Source: Tubiluchus corallicola (taxonomy: Eukaryota > Animalia > Priapulida). Taken from it: DNA of 64,000 bases. The notes beneath the pieces were generated by a model, which saw only the letters and a program-made list of their open reading frames with translations, made no database searches and was not told the DNA's origin. Both the position numbers and the translations under genes were made by a program. Positions 1 through 13,029 of the stretch are shown here, one piece after another. Every line of letters begins with the position of its first letter. Position 1 is the stretch's first letter. The stretch covers positions 167,255 to 231,254 of the forward strand of contig JAQGDQ010000183.1 in NCBI GenBank assembly GCA_030141605.1. Direction: 5' to 3'.

Positions 1-11
1 GTATGGATAGT

Positions 12-604
12 GTATTATGTACTTATATGTTAGTCAAATTAATGTACTTTTTCGTATGGATGCAGTGTAAATTTTTATAGTATTTTGAACATAATGTTAG
101 TGCAAGTTTCTTTGGTACGAATTTTGTTAAACTCTTATTTGAAGTGGTCAAAACTAATTATGGATCTAATGCGATTTTCAGTTTGAAAAATATGGGACTC
201 TTTTGCTGAGTGTGTTTGAATTTCTGCTCATAAATCCGGTTTTCTTTCCTCGGGCTTGTTATTTTTGCCTGTTAATTACAACCTTGTATCAACCGAAAAG
301 AACGCCAACGGATATCTTTATCAGAAAATTAGTGAGAATTGTCTTTAAAATAAGATAGTGATTTTCTGAGACTTGCCATGGTCTTAACTGCAGGAGAAGT
401 CAAAATGCCCATTGATTCTCGAAAAATTCTTAATTTTTTCGCAAGGTTTAATCCCTCGCGGACTTCTTCAGCTAAAATGAACTTGATATCAGCTAAAATG
501 AACTTGATATCAGCTAAAATGAACTTGATATCAGCTAAAATGAACTTGATATCAGCTAAAATCAACTTGATATCAGCTAAAATGAACTTGATATCAGCTA
601 AAAT
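12..604. repeat. Copy 1 of a ~0.6 kb duplicated segment ending in a 21-bp minisatellite (about 6 units)
   Basis: Near-identical to the sequence starting at 2488. Unit AACTTGATATCAGCTAAAAT(G/C) at 468-604. Confidence 0.9.
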
Positions 605-1124
605 CTAAGTTATGTATCTGCCCTATATAAAAGCGGTCGTTTCTGCTCTTTTACTAGACCAGTTAGCTTAATCCACAACGGTTTGAACTCGATTTCACCA
701 TTATTTTTGAATCTACTTCATGTAATTTGCCAATAAAGCTATCGTTTTTCTTACACATCATTCTGTTGTTTCGTGGATGGAAGAGTCATAGACTGCTTGG
801 TCTCCGCATCTGCTGGTACCGAACCAACCTGGGTAGTTTTAACCCCTGTCTGCAAGGTACCGCCTACACTTCAATATATTTTAATATACTTTGCGTATTT
901 TTTATTCTTTGGGCAATAGAATACGTTTACAAACAAACAATTGCATTGTTTATTTAAATTGTTTATTTAAATTCGTTTATGTTGCCTGAAAGCGAACAGC
1001 GTAAAGCTACTGCAAATTTGCATTATTAAATAAAACATTCTTTCCTACAGTCTACTTTTTTGTAATTTTATTTTTTGCCTACCTCTTTTAAAAGAGGCGT
1101 TTCTTGCGCGGTTAGAAGCACATA

Positions 1125-1445
1125 TGGCCTGACTTTTTAGTTTTTCTTCGCTGGAGTTCGAGTACATATCTTTTTACCTACATGTATAAATTTCATCATG
1201 ATTTCTGAGCTTGATAGCACACACGCACAGAACTTCAGTCTTATTGGTGCCAATCTCATACACAACCACCATGATTATTACAAATGGCCTGACTTTTTTA
1301 GTTCTTACTTCACAGGAGTTCGAGTACATCTCTTATCTAATTACCTAGATGTATAAATTTCATCATGGTTTATTGGCTTGATAGCACGCACGCACGCACG
1401 CACAGAACTTCAGCTTCGTTGGTGTCATTCATGCACAGCCACCGT
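1125..1445. repeat. Local tandem duplication (~160 bp x2)
   Basis: ATGGCCTGACTTTTT..GGAGTTCGAGTACAT..TGTATAAATTTCATCATG..ACAGAACTTCAG occurs twice. Confidence 0.75.
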
Positions 1446-1624
1446 ACTTGATTAAAAAGCCATTATTGTCTAAATACGTACGATAGTCGCGTAGTTTGCA
1501 AAATAAACCTATGAAGTAGGACTGCTGATAATCATTCAATCATTCTAAACAGGTAGAATCACCTACCTGCGTACTTGACACACAATCCATTCTGCAATGC
1601 ATGGTCGACTCGCATGTGCCGGTA

Positions 1625-2023
1625 TTTGAGGGGCGGGGTCATATTTTATACTGAAACTTAGCACCCCCGGATGTACGGATTTAAGTTTTGAAATCTCTGT
1701 TTTGAACTAGCAACGAGTGCTGAGTTGTATCTTCAAAACTAATAGACTTATCCACCTTCCAAAAAGTAGTTTGGAGGCAATATATAGAAGTGGTTAGGTC
1801 GTCCCGGGTTGCCACCTCTTTTTCTGCACGTGAGCGCCCCCTGTAAGTACGTCATCCATGAGTAACTGGTCATTGTTGATGTACTATATTCCCGTCCATG
1901 TTTGAACTGACACGGGAGGGCGTCGGTTACACGGAGTTCAGATATTTGTGTGTTTAGTTTTTTTATCCGGGTTTCTGGTTTAAAAGTGCCGCACGTTTGA
2001 TCTTTTACGGAATAAGATTTAGA
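1625..2023 (+). promoter_or_regulatory. Second candidate promoter / non-coding first exon
   Basis: GC box GGGGCGGGG (about 1630), CACGTG, ACGTCA and CpG enrichment, ending at a donor GTGAGT (2024). Confidence 0.3.
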
Positions 2024-2487
2024 GTGAGTATCAAATCAGTTGTGTCTTTACGTATGTATAGACTATTTTAAGTTAATTTTTATGAGTATAAGCGTAATAT
2101 GTGGTTCTTGCCGTGAAAGGGTAAACAACGCCTAGTTAGGCTTTCCTATATGGGCGTGAGTGTTTACAAGTTTTGTGTGCGTTTGAATTTGAACAGTAAA
2201 AGTCGTACTAAATTTTTGTCAAGAAATCAAAAGTAGCTAAAGAGTTAGTTTAAACATAATTTATTATAGGATTGGATCAGACAGTTTGAACAACATGATT
2301 TAGGATCCTCACCACAACAGACTTTATACACTATTTACAAAAACATTTACAGTAAGAATAGACTATAACTACACAAGCTGACAAGTTTCACTTACATTAG
2401 ACACTAACATAGAAAATATTAATGTACGAATATTTAAGACTGATGCATTTCATATCAGATAGAAACTACTGGAAGCTAAAGAATTAA

Positions 2488-3493
2488 GTATTATGTACTT
2501 GCATATTAGTCAAATTAATGTACTTTTTTCCTATGGAGGCAATGTTTATTTTGATAGGTATTTTGAACATAACGTTAGTGCAAGTTTCTTTGGTACGAAT
2601 TTTGTTAAACTCTTATTTGAAGTGATCAAAACTAATTATGGATCTAATACGATTTTCAGTTTGAAAAATATGGGTCTCTTTTGCGGAGTGTGTTTGAATT
2701 TCTGCTCATAAATCCGGTTTTCTTTCCTCGGGCTTGTTATTTTTGCCTGTTAATTACAACCTTGTATCAACCGAAAAGAACGCCAACGGATATCTTTATC
2801 AGAAAATTAGTGAGAATTGTCTTTAAAATAAGATAGTGATTTTCTGAGACTTGCCATGGTCTTAACTGCAGGAGAAGTCAAAATGCCCATTGATTCTCGA
2901 AAAATTCTTAATTTTTTCGCAAGGTTTCATGCCTCGCGGACTTCTTCAGCTAAAGTCAACTTGATGTCAGCTAAAATGAACTTGATATCAGCTAAAATGA
3001 ACTTGATATCAGCTAAAATGAACTTGATATCAGCTAAAATCAACTTGATATCAGCTAAAATGAACTTGATATCAGCTAAAATCAACTTGATATCAGCTAA
3101 AATCAACTTGATATCAGCTAAAATCAACTTGATATCAGCTAAAATTAACTTGATATCAGCTAAAATGAACTTGATATCAGCTAAAATCAACTTGATATCA
3201 GCTAAAATGAACTTGATATCAGCTAAAATTAACTTGATATCAGCTAAAATCAACTTGATATCAGCTAAAATCAACTTGATATCAGCTAAAATCAACTTGA
3301 TATCAGCCCAAATGAACTTGATATCAGCTAAAATCAACTTGATATAGCCTAGATTTTGACGGATTTCTTGATCTTCCTGCATCCGTCAATATTTAGGCTA
3401 TGAGTCCGTGCAGGACGAATCCGAGCTTGCGTGATTTTAGGCTTCTGAGAAAAATAATGAATTTCTTGATGCTTAATAGGCATTTTGACTTCT
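2488..3493. repeat. Copy 2 of the duplicated segment with an expanded 21-bp minisatellite (about 19 units, 2946-3345), a hairpin and a degenerate inverted arm
   Basis: Direct comparison with 12-604. Hairpin at 3344-3401. Arms 2873-2918 and 3450-3493 are degenerate reverse complements. Confidence 0.85.
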
Positions 3494-3679
3494 TTTATGG
3501 TTAGTGAGAATTTGATATTTCTGGTGCGCATAGTCATTTTTTTGCTTTTTTGCATGCCTTTATCTTGAACATCTAGTGACTAGTGGCCCTATTTCGGACG
3601 GCTGCCTAAAAATAAAGAAATAATGGAATTAGCGTAATGCGTTGGCTCTTGAGCATTTGCTGTACTGTACCTCGCTGGG

Positions 3680-3950
3680 AGTCCCTGCTCTGTGGTAATC
3701 CAGTAGTCATGTCTGTGTCTGTCAGCGTCGTGTAGTCCCTGCTCTGTGGTAATCCAGTAGTCATGTCTGTGTCTGCCAGCGTCGTGTGGTCCCTGCTGTG
3801 TTGTAATCCAGTGGTCATGTCTGTGTCTGTCAGCGTTGTGTAGTCCCTGCTCTGTTGTAATCCAGTGGTCATGTCTGTGCCTGCCAGCGTCGTGTAGTCC
3901 ATGCTCTGTTGTAATCCAGTGGTCATGTCTGTGCCTGTCAGCGTCGTGTA
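3680..3950. repeat. 54-bp minisatellite, about 5 units
   Basis: Unit GTAGTCCCTGCTCTGTTGTAATCCAGTGGTCATGTCTGTGTCTGTCAGCGTCGT. It explains the 18-aa periodic ORF 3606..3926. Confidence 0.9.
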
Positions 3951-5984
3951 TTCTCTTTATCGGACTTGTGCAGAACAGTAGTCTGCTAATAATGTGGATT
4001 TAATACTGGTGTCGTTTTGTAATCTAATATGATTGCCAGTAATCCGCAGGGTGTCTCTGTGTGGATTATATTCTGATTGCAATTATTGGTTCGAGCTGTG
4101 CGTCTGTCTGTGTGTCTGCCCGTTTCCAGATTTTCTCCGTCGTGAAGTAAAGTAGGGAGTTCGTACTTAGCGTGGCCCTCTATTGAGTTCTTAAAATTAT
4201 TTCCTATTTTATCAAAAATGCTTTCAGGAATTCGCATTATTGGTTCCTAAGCGTCCTGGAAAGCAGAAGGGCTGAGTTCGAGTCCCAGCGTAGGCGTAAA
4301 ATTTTCAGACTTTCTAATTTAGAATTGCTTTGTAAGCAACAAATTATTGGATTACCATTCCTAGAATCAAACGACTGTTTGTACGGCATTTTTTCCTTTA
4401 TCTTTTGGCCCTCAATGGAATTTTGTGGAGTTTTTTCCAAGTAATTGTAGCTTCACTGAAGAAGAACATTTACAGATTTATGCTTCATTCCACTATTGAA
4501 GTAACAATTTTTTCTGGACCTGTAATCATGGTTTCCATCTTACTATTGTATTCCTTACTTTGTCCACTCGCCATGCTCGATGGCGATTTGTACCGCAAAG
4601 TAGAAACCAGTTTATCCTAGTCAGTATTTGTAGTACGTATTAGTAATAGAAGCTAGAATTCCCTGTAAGTCTTAAAAAATCTTTATTGAGAGAAAAAATG
4701 TAAGATTCTTTAGAGTCTTAAAGGGCGCTGTGGCTTCTGTGAAAAAGGCTTTTGTCAATATATGTAGCAACATAAACCAAACTCCTTTAGTGGCACAAAC
4801 ACTTTGTTATTGACTGTCTTTTCTGTACACTACGTTGTGACTACTAGATTAAAACCTGTAAAAGCTCAAATCAGTTGAAACTGGTTAACCTTGGGCAATG
4901 TATCAGAAACCAGTCAGGTGAGAAAATGATTCACTGTAGTCTAACTTGCTGTAAAGTTATAATGTTGCTAAAGTTTATAAAGTTCATAAACAAACTCGTG
5001 AATCAGTTCACGACAGCTTCTGTTTTGCTGTTATTATTAATTATTATTATTAATATAATTCTTTATTTTTAAAAACTATGTACAGAATACATTCCCTCTA
5101 TTTGTAGGGATATGTTTAAAATTTCTAAAAGCTTTTACAACGTATTAAGCCTATTCACAGACATATAAAATTTAGAATCCAACGCATGAGACACACTGAA
5201 CGACAACGATCATATACAATAGACATAGTTACAAATTATACATACATAATAAAAGATAACGAACATATTTTAATACTTAGTAACAAAAATTTACATACAT
5301 TATACACAATGAAAACAGCGAGTACAATTATAATAAACATAATTACCAATTCTAATGTAAATTCACATAATCATAAATAAAGCGAAACAGCATATAGAAA
5401 ACACGACGAGAGTTGTAAAATTTCATCACCATCAGACTGTTTATATACGGGCGAAAGACGTTAGGAATTCATCCGAGATAAGATTTGCAAAAGCATTTAT
5501 AGCATTATTATCCCGGCTAGAGAAAACATAGTCCGAATCTAACGAATCTGCTGTTATGACCAATAGGTAGAGGTCAGAAGAGCACTATCTTATCTTATTT
5601 TCAAGGTAATTATCAGTCACTTTTCTTGTTCGCTAATCACTTAGAGGTTTTAGCGTTGTTTACATAAAATTGTGACGTAATTTCTCACTTTTTCCCTCGT
5701 TACAAACCTACAGTGCATGGAAAGTTACCTGGTAACCTTTGGTTATTTTAATTTGACTGTTTGTCGGCCAGGTGGACTTAAATACTATTTCCGTTTTTGT
5801 GCGACATTTTAGAGTGCTAGCTCCTGTGTTTCCATCTACTAGCATTATTATTAAACTACTAAAAGCTGGGTTCTAATATTGTATATAAAATTTGCTGCCT
5901 AGTTGTCCTGTTTTGTCCACTTTAATTTCGGAATTTTTTTGTCTCGCTTCGGTTTGTTATTCATTTTCCAAACAGCGGGAGTAA

Positions 5985-6174
5985 AATCAGGTCACGTAAC
6001 AGCCGCTTGCGCGCATCCCGGGATTCGGAGTGCAGCAAGCTCAACAACAGCAGCAGCTGCATATCTCATTCTGTGAGTGGTGTGATGCGCTGAGCTTGTC
6101 TGTGCATACCAGGAGGAGGGTGTGTTTGATTGTAAAAGCAGTGAGCGGAAACCAGAGTTGGACTTGTTGACAAG
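5985..6174 (+). promoter_or_regulatory. Candidate promoter and non-coding first exon of tetraspanin A
   Basis: Locally GC/CpG-richer segment with GGTCACGTAAC and TGCGCGCA motifs, ending at a strong donor AAG|GTATGG (GT at 6175). Tetraspanin A coding exon 1 is preceded by an acceptor (tttcag, exon starts 21636), so an upstream exon must exist. The assignment to this segment is inference. Confidence 0.4.
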
Positions 6175-6555
6175 GTATGGCTTCCAAATCATTATCTATG
6201 GCTTCTAAATTGTCATCTGTGATTTCTTTTTCTTGACTCTTGAAAATTATAGTGAATTCTTGGACGAGCTTGCAGTCACTGTTGTATTAGTTTGTATGGC
6301 GTTGTCCTGAAGTGCTTTTTAGCTGTGGTGTGATGTGTTTTACGTAAATTTTCATATTACTATGTAGATTATTTTGTTGAGTACAGTACTATCTACTCGT
6401 TAAGCGTAAATAATGAATTGTAGCACTTATGTCAAATTTTTGGGTATTAAAAATCAAAAGGTCAAGGTCACAACTGCGGAAAATGAATGTCAAAATAATT
6501 TTTTTCTTTATTAATATGTCACACGTGTGACACTTCGTGTCAACGCAATTGCAAG

Positions 6556-7148
6556 TTAAAGCAAAACCGGACCCAATCTTAAACTGTAAGTTAAAACAAT
6601 CTACTCTTTAAAATATTGAAAGGAAACATATTATTTTTTAAAAAAATGATTCTCGTGAAAGAATTATTATCACACAAACACAATTTCACGTTCGCTCCAC
6701 TAGTTTTTGGCTGTTACACGCATTTCGACATTCGCTAGTTAGACGGGCACTAGCGCCTGCATTTCGAAAATGCATTACACAAACAACATGTACTGTACCT
6801 CTCAGTTCAGATGTATTAGTTTGTGACGACTTACACAGCTCATGCGCAAGCACAGCGTAAAACTTGCCCAGTTTTAGTACAACACATTCAAAATCTTACA
6901 GTAGCACTGTACTTCAATTTTCGCTTTCGCAAACACGTGCAACACGTTCGCGGAATGTTTTTGCTGTTGAAAATTGAGTTAGTTTGTGATGTCATCAACA
7001 GTTGAGCTCGCACGTCGTTAGTTAAGTTTTTAATCCATTAATTAATAATCAGAAACGCTTGTGCAGTATCAATTGTGTTATAATGTATACTTTTAATCGG
7101 ACTTGAAAATGGCGGTAGTATACGAAAAATTATCCTGTCTTCCTTTAA
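6556..7148. mobile_element. MITE family A (TTAA-flanked, AG..CT termini; Kolobok-like), full copy
   Basis: TTAA|AGCAAAACCGGAC ... ATCCTGTCTTCCT|TTAA. Homologous copies at 16880, 25891, 28750 and 41823. Confidence 0.85.
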
Positions 7149-7690
7149 ATTTCCAACGTAACATTAGAAGATGCAGTGCTATACTAGTAACCGTTGGTTC
7201 TGGATATTTAGATGTCGTATGATTTCGATCTGCGTAGAGAGACCCTCATGGCCAGAAAGACAAAGATTTCTCTTTTATGAACGGACCTCTTCAAAACGTA
7301 CTCTATGTTTGTCCTACTTCCCTGACTGATTGTAGTTTTCGTTTTTCCCACCAGAAAATTCACAAAGGAGGCCTGTAGGCTCATTAGGGTGGGTATTTAA
7401 ATTGCTTATTTATCATCAGACTTAATTGAATCAATTATTGAAGTTGAAAGATTTATTGGAGCGTTTAAGAACGGCGGCTGTTTATTTTTTTATTTTGCAA
7501 CAAGCAGAAGAGAAATAAGAACTTGTTTAGCCCTGGCGTCCATAGAACGTTCACGCTGGGGTGTTTAATTGTAATTTGTTCGCGCATCATTGAAATCATT
7601 TTAAGTGCTTTCCAATTACAACGTTTACACCCATGTTTCGAGTGAGTGTGTCTGTAGTACAGTATAGCAGATTATAGTATAAATATTTAT

Positions 7691-7928
7691 ATATGAAACA
7701 AAGATTTAATTATATAAAGATATAGTAATTGAATAATTAATATCTTTAATTAATAAAAATATACAAACGTACATATACATACATACATACATACATACCT
7801 ACCTACCTACCTACCTACCTACCTACCTACATACATACATACATACGTACGTACGTACATACATACATACATACATACATACATACATACATACATACAT
7901 ACAAACAAACATAAACAAACAAACAAAG

Positions 7929-7994
<66 letters not shown>

Positions 7995-8012
7995 ACACAC
8001 ACACACACACAT
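7691..8012. repeat. AT-rich ~85-bp segment followed by (CATA)n(CA)n; second copy at 8969-9151
   Basis: AAAGATTTAATTATATAAAGAT..AATTAATATCTTTAATTAATAAAAATATAC precedes both microsatellites. Confidence 0.8.
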
Positions 8013-9066
8013 AAATACATATTATGGTAAATCTTTATTTGAAAACAGATAAAATTTGAAAACAGTAACTGCGTGATTTTTATTTGTCATTCTGCGGGGA
8101 CATTGGCAACATTTTGCAGCTTCTTTTCCATAATTTTTCACAAGCAACCATTTCTTGTTTTAATTTCCACAACGATAAACCAAAAAAAACTCGAGCAAGT
8201 GATTGAAGCCATGGATACACTAAAATACTAAAGTACATTTGTCATCCCAGTGAAGACGAACTGCGCAATGCAAGTCGTACCTTAAAATTTTAAGCTCGGT
8301 ATCTGCTCTAGTAGCATTTTTAACATGTTGCCACAAAGGCGTAAAAATAATCCGTATAGACACACCGTTTCATTAAACTGCTTCAACATGATAAGACTAC
8401 TATATTGTACGTTGACCGGAATGGCTGTCATTTCGATCTAAGTTGTTTTAGGCATTAACTATGCATACAGCAAGCGGTGACGCCCATTTTGGAATTAATT
8501 ACTCCTGCAGTCACTTCCTATTTGCAATGCTCTCTACTTGACCTTCCCTTAATCACGTTAATTACATGCCTCTTGAAACAACGTAATTATTATTAACAAC
8601 GTGAACGAAAGTACAGACAGGTTCGTGAAATGAATGGCATTATTTAAGCACGAATTCAATTCATAAAAAGATAAAATAAGTTATTTCCCGTCGCAGATAA
8701 TAGTCTATGCGAAGGTAGGGGGTTTAATCAGAATAAAAAGGGCTAAAGTCACTAAACTTGGCCAAGGGCCAAACACACGCAAGACCTGCAAACTCAAAAT
8801 AGCAAAGGTCCAACGACGAGATCAAAAAATGTCGAAAATACTTCTTCGCGGTTGACTGATCAGTTTATTTCTGCTAAAAGCCATATACAAATATATACAC
8901 ACATACAATAACATTTAAACTGTGTCACGCTAATGTTAAACATCTATAACTAAAAAATCACATAAAAGTATATGAAATAAAGATTTAATTATATAAAGAT
9001 GTAGTAATTAGCTAATTAATATCTTTAATTAATAAAAATATACATACGCACGTATACACATGCATG

Positions 9067-9117
<51 letters not shown>

Positions 9118-12100
9118 GCACGCACGCACGCACGCAAACGCACACACACACTAGGGTAAAAAAAATTATATACATAGTAGAAGTTATCGTATATGCAGAA
9201 GTTATATAATTGAACCTGATAAAGGTACCTGTGACCAGAGCAGCAAGAAGTTTGACTTATATTGTACGTAGTGTCTTCGTGACAGTTCAGGTGAAGGGCG
9301 AACCTTGAGCGCATTGTTTACTTTTCCCGTGAGGTTACTAAATAACTCAATAAAAGCACATTGCTTAATTTTCTTCGGGCTTTAGTTTTCAAGAATTATA
9401 ACACGTACTAAGAAAACTTGCGAATGCCTGTCATCACCAAAAAAGAGAACATTATTTGTGTTTGATGTCCATTGCCGTGTCACCTGCATATATTTGTGAA
9501 TGAAAGCAATAAACAAATGAGTTAAAACATCATGATGTACTTATTTACATTATCACTTCATAACATACAATCTGTAAATCAAAACATATATAAGTGTTAG
9601 TTGACGTCACAACATATTACAATTCAATATTTAACCGTGGTAATTTGCATCCCGGCACCTACAGTGTCTTTATTAAGTTTAGAGATAGCTTTGCCTCTGA
9701 ACGTTAGGGAAAGACCTGCTCTCCGTCAACTATTACGGCCGTCAGGTCTTCCAAACGAGTCCCTTGGACTATTTGTACCAGACCTACTCATTAAACAATT
9801 ACACGGTTTGATACGATAAGACAGGTTTCTTATATACATACGTGCACAATAAAACCACAGAAGTAATTATGAACTCTCTTTAAGTACTTCATACAGTTAT
9901 TTGTGCAGAACAAATATTAATTTGCTTACTTCGGAAATGAGTTTCCGACAGCATGCTGGCAATGACATGTGATACAGTTTTACACTTTAAAACGATAAAT
10001 TCAGATAAATCTGCGACATGTCATAATATTATCTGTGTATCTTTATTTGGTTAAGTGATCAGCTTATCAATTATTAGTCAAGAAAGTAAATAAATCAGCC
10101 ATCTCACTAATGTACTGTAGCACATAAAATTTTGCCTTTCCACATGCTTTTAGTATAATGACCTTCAAACAACCTTTGACCTATATTCTGACCCAAGGCA
10201 CGCCCCATTGTCATGGTGTTTGTTTTCATGTAGAAATGTACTACCTTTTAAAATGGATGACCTTGACCTTGGCAGATTACACGTGACGTGTAGCGTTTTG
10301 AGTGGACCATTCCTCTTGAGATCAGGGATTATAAAATTACGTAAGCAAGGCTGCACACGTGAACTTGTCCTCTTAGAAGGCCAAAAGGCCAAGAAGCAGG
10401 TCGTAAGATATTTTTCAGTATATTATACTTATCATGCACCTACAGTATGCATTCCGCGACGTTTTGTCATGCATCAGTTCTTATCTACAAGCCCATATTA
10501 TTCTACTGGGTATCTTACAATCGATATTCCTCACAAGTTGTGCTCGTACGAGATTACTCTTCCGGATCCGGTTCTATCCCGGCTCGGCTGCCGCCTTCCG
10601 CTCGGATTTGAGCTGATTGGCATGTCGGTTTTCCACTGCTGCTGCTAATTACAGTCCGTCATGCGAAAGGGTTAAAATTACAACCCGCTTTCTCTCTGTT
10701 ATTGTAACGGGCGCAGGCAGCTGTCGTACGACACATGTGTGATGAGTAGGTTTCATATTACCACTAATTAAACTCATGTCAGCCGATGTCTATGTATTTA
10801 TGCTGTACATTGCTTGCTGTTAAAATGACAGATTTGCGATAAATGGCGCTAGGTGCATTTATTTCTCGTTAAACCGAAATCGTTTTTGCAGCGTAAGAAT
10901 TTCTTCAACTATTTAAATTACTGCTTTACATGCAACAGTGTTTGTGAGATACACTTTTGGATGCATTGAGTTTTCGTACTTAAGCCGATGACGTAATCTT
11001 GCATGGCCGCCTTCACGCTTCGGCTTCTAACAATGCCAGCTTTCCCAGGCAAGCTGTAATTAAGTCAAGAGTACGACACTCAGCATTAATTAAATATTAA
11101 TCGGCGCAGGCTTTTAGACAGAAGCTATTACTGAAGACAGCGACTTGACTTTAGCGAACCTCTTAGCTCTAGCTTCTCATAAGAAAGTACGAATCTCAAG
11201 AGAAATCAGCAATGTTGTTAGAAAAATTAGCAGAACTCTATGCGAATTTAAAAGAAATCAAACACAAGTAAACACTGATATTGGATGAAAAAATGGTTGT
11301 AGTTCTTTAAATGGCGTGGTGCAGTTGACAGTAAGGTGTTATGATCTATATAAAACTATAAAGATAATACTGTACAACGAATGATTGAATAATTTGACCG
11401 GTTCTACCACTACGCAAGCTAGGCAGTTGCCTAGAGCGCCAATTCTGAAAGCAGTTCTTTGATTTTTTAAATTTAGAATACGCGATGTATGCGCACATCA
11501 TTTTTGATGAGGGTATGCCATCGTTAGCTTTGTATAATCTTATTTTTAATAGCACTTAATTCGTTTACTTTTAATTGCTTTTAAATGGTCTAGATTTTTT
11601 TGTTTATGAAACTCAAAATGTGTTTGACTGTAAAAAAACATGGAAGCAGATACACGTAATGGATTAGTATTAGGAAGAGCTCATACATGTCATTGCCCTG
11701 GCCGTGTAGCTGATGCAGTTAGATCAGACAAAACTGGTTCTATTAGAATGGAGCATATTTACTGAAACGTCATGATAAGATAATGACCGTGCAAACTGGA
11801 AAACTACAACTACGAATTTTTTAGTTTATTAAAATCTGAATTATTAATTATGTGAAAACTTGCAAAAATACCTGCTGGTTTAGTATCTCAAGCGCTTCTT
11901 GGGCTTTTTTCTATATGCCCTAACAACACATTAATGTAAAGTATTTCACTGTAAGTGCTTATAAATATGCAAAAAATATTTATTTTTTGTAAATATAAAA
12001 AGAATATCGATTTTATAACATAGGTCATGTAGTAGGTTATATAACAAAAAATTGTTTTGTTTTGTAGGAAACGATTGTAGAACCAATTTTATGTACATGT

Positions 12101-12309
12101 AACTTTTCGAAACAAATTTATGTAAAGCCAAATAGAAACACGAGCTGTCCTGGCTTTCAAGGACATAGATGTAGCTCTCTCTTACGTGTGCTGTCTTTTT
12201 TTAATTCTTCACTTTTCGTTCACATTATAATTTAGTTTCTGCTGTTCAACATTGACCCTCGTTTGTACGTTTCTGTTTTTGAGATTCCTTCTTCCAGAGT
12301 CGGCTGTGC

Positions 12310-13029
12310 CTATAGTTCCTCTTTTTTCTCCTTACTTGACACGCTGTCGTCTCCTTTCTGACCTGCCTCTGCTTCCTTTTTTGGTTTATCTTCTTTCGCA
12401 GTAGTTTCTTCTATTTTTGCTTCTTGTTTCTCTTCACACTTTTCAGTTGCAGGTTTCTTTTCTGGTTTTGGTCGAGGAGGCAGGGCTTCTAGCCTGCGTT
12501 GTATAGGCTCCACTATATCGTCTACAGATGTATTTGGTCCCCAAGCGTCAATCACTACACCATCCGGGCCGACAAGATACTTCCAGAAATTCCAGTTTGG
12601 AACCTTTTTCAGCGTCAAATAGTTCCACAGCGGGTCTACGTCAGGTTCTATAACATTCACCTTGGAAAAAAGTCGGAAATTAACACCGTAGTATCTTTCT
12701 GCCCAGTTCAGAATCTGTTCGTTGGACCCTGGTTCCTGATTCCCAAATTGATTGCAAGGAAAACCAATCACGTTAAACACGTCGTTACCCTGTATATCTT
12801 TGTGAAACATGTGGTGTAGTCGCATCAGGCCTTTATAATGGCTGTCCGTGAATTGGCACTCTGTGGCCACATTCACGACCAGAGTCAGCTTGTCTCTGTA
12901 TTCTTCGAATGACACATCGAAACCGGCAATATCTTTTTCTGTAAAAGAGAAGAAATCCTCGGCTACAACGCGAAAAGTCAGCACAAGCAACAGAATGGCA
13001 GCAGAGATCAACATGGTGGCTGAACACAT
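12310..13029 (-). CDS. GPX7: Cys-type glutathione peroxidase, ER-resident GPX7/GPX8-like, single coding exon (239 aa)
   Basis: Uninterrupted ORF with a hydrophobic N-terminal signal peptide (MLISAAILLLVLTFRVVA) and the GPx motifs VVNVATECQFT (catalytic Cys, no Sec/TGA), FPCNQFGNQEP and PNWNFWKYLV. It ends in KEEL, a KDEL-like ER retrieval signal; vertebrate GPX7 ends REDL. GPX7 versus GPX8 orthology is not resolved, because the CQ dipeptide is GPX8-like. Confidence 0.93.
   Translation of the reverse strand: MCSATMLISAAILLLVLTFRVVAEDFFSFTEKDIAGFDVSFEEYRDKLTLVVNVATECQFTDSHYKGLMRLHHMFHKDIQGNDVFNVIGFPCNQFGNQEPGSNEQILNWAERYYGVNFRLFSKVNVIEPDVDPLWNYLTLKKVPNWNFWKYLVGPDGVVIDAWGPNTSVDDIVEPIQRRLEALPPRPKPEKKPATEKCEEKQEAKIEETTAKEDKPKKEAEAGQKGDDSVSSKEKKEEL

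Noticed and set aside
329-3382. ORFs with NLISAK / ILADIK heptad repeats
   Set aside because: Translations of the 21-bp minisatellite on both strands; no splice or domain support.
3950-4620. Decayed minus-strand coding sequence (two ORFs sharing NSIEG)
   Set aside because: Multiple stops and no recognisable domain; cannot be assigned without a search.
8701-8858. Possible short TIR element (TAGTCTATGCGAAG / CTTCGCGGTTGACTG)
   Set aside because: TIR match is weak, single copy in the window, no clear TSD.
10208-10648. 146-aa ORF
   Set aside because: Non-ATG start, no motif, and it overlaps TGACCTTGACC-type repeat sequence.
12310-13029. Selenoprotein GPx with a SECIS element
   Set aside because: The catalytic codon is TGC (Cys) and there is no in-frame TGA.
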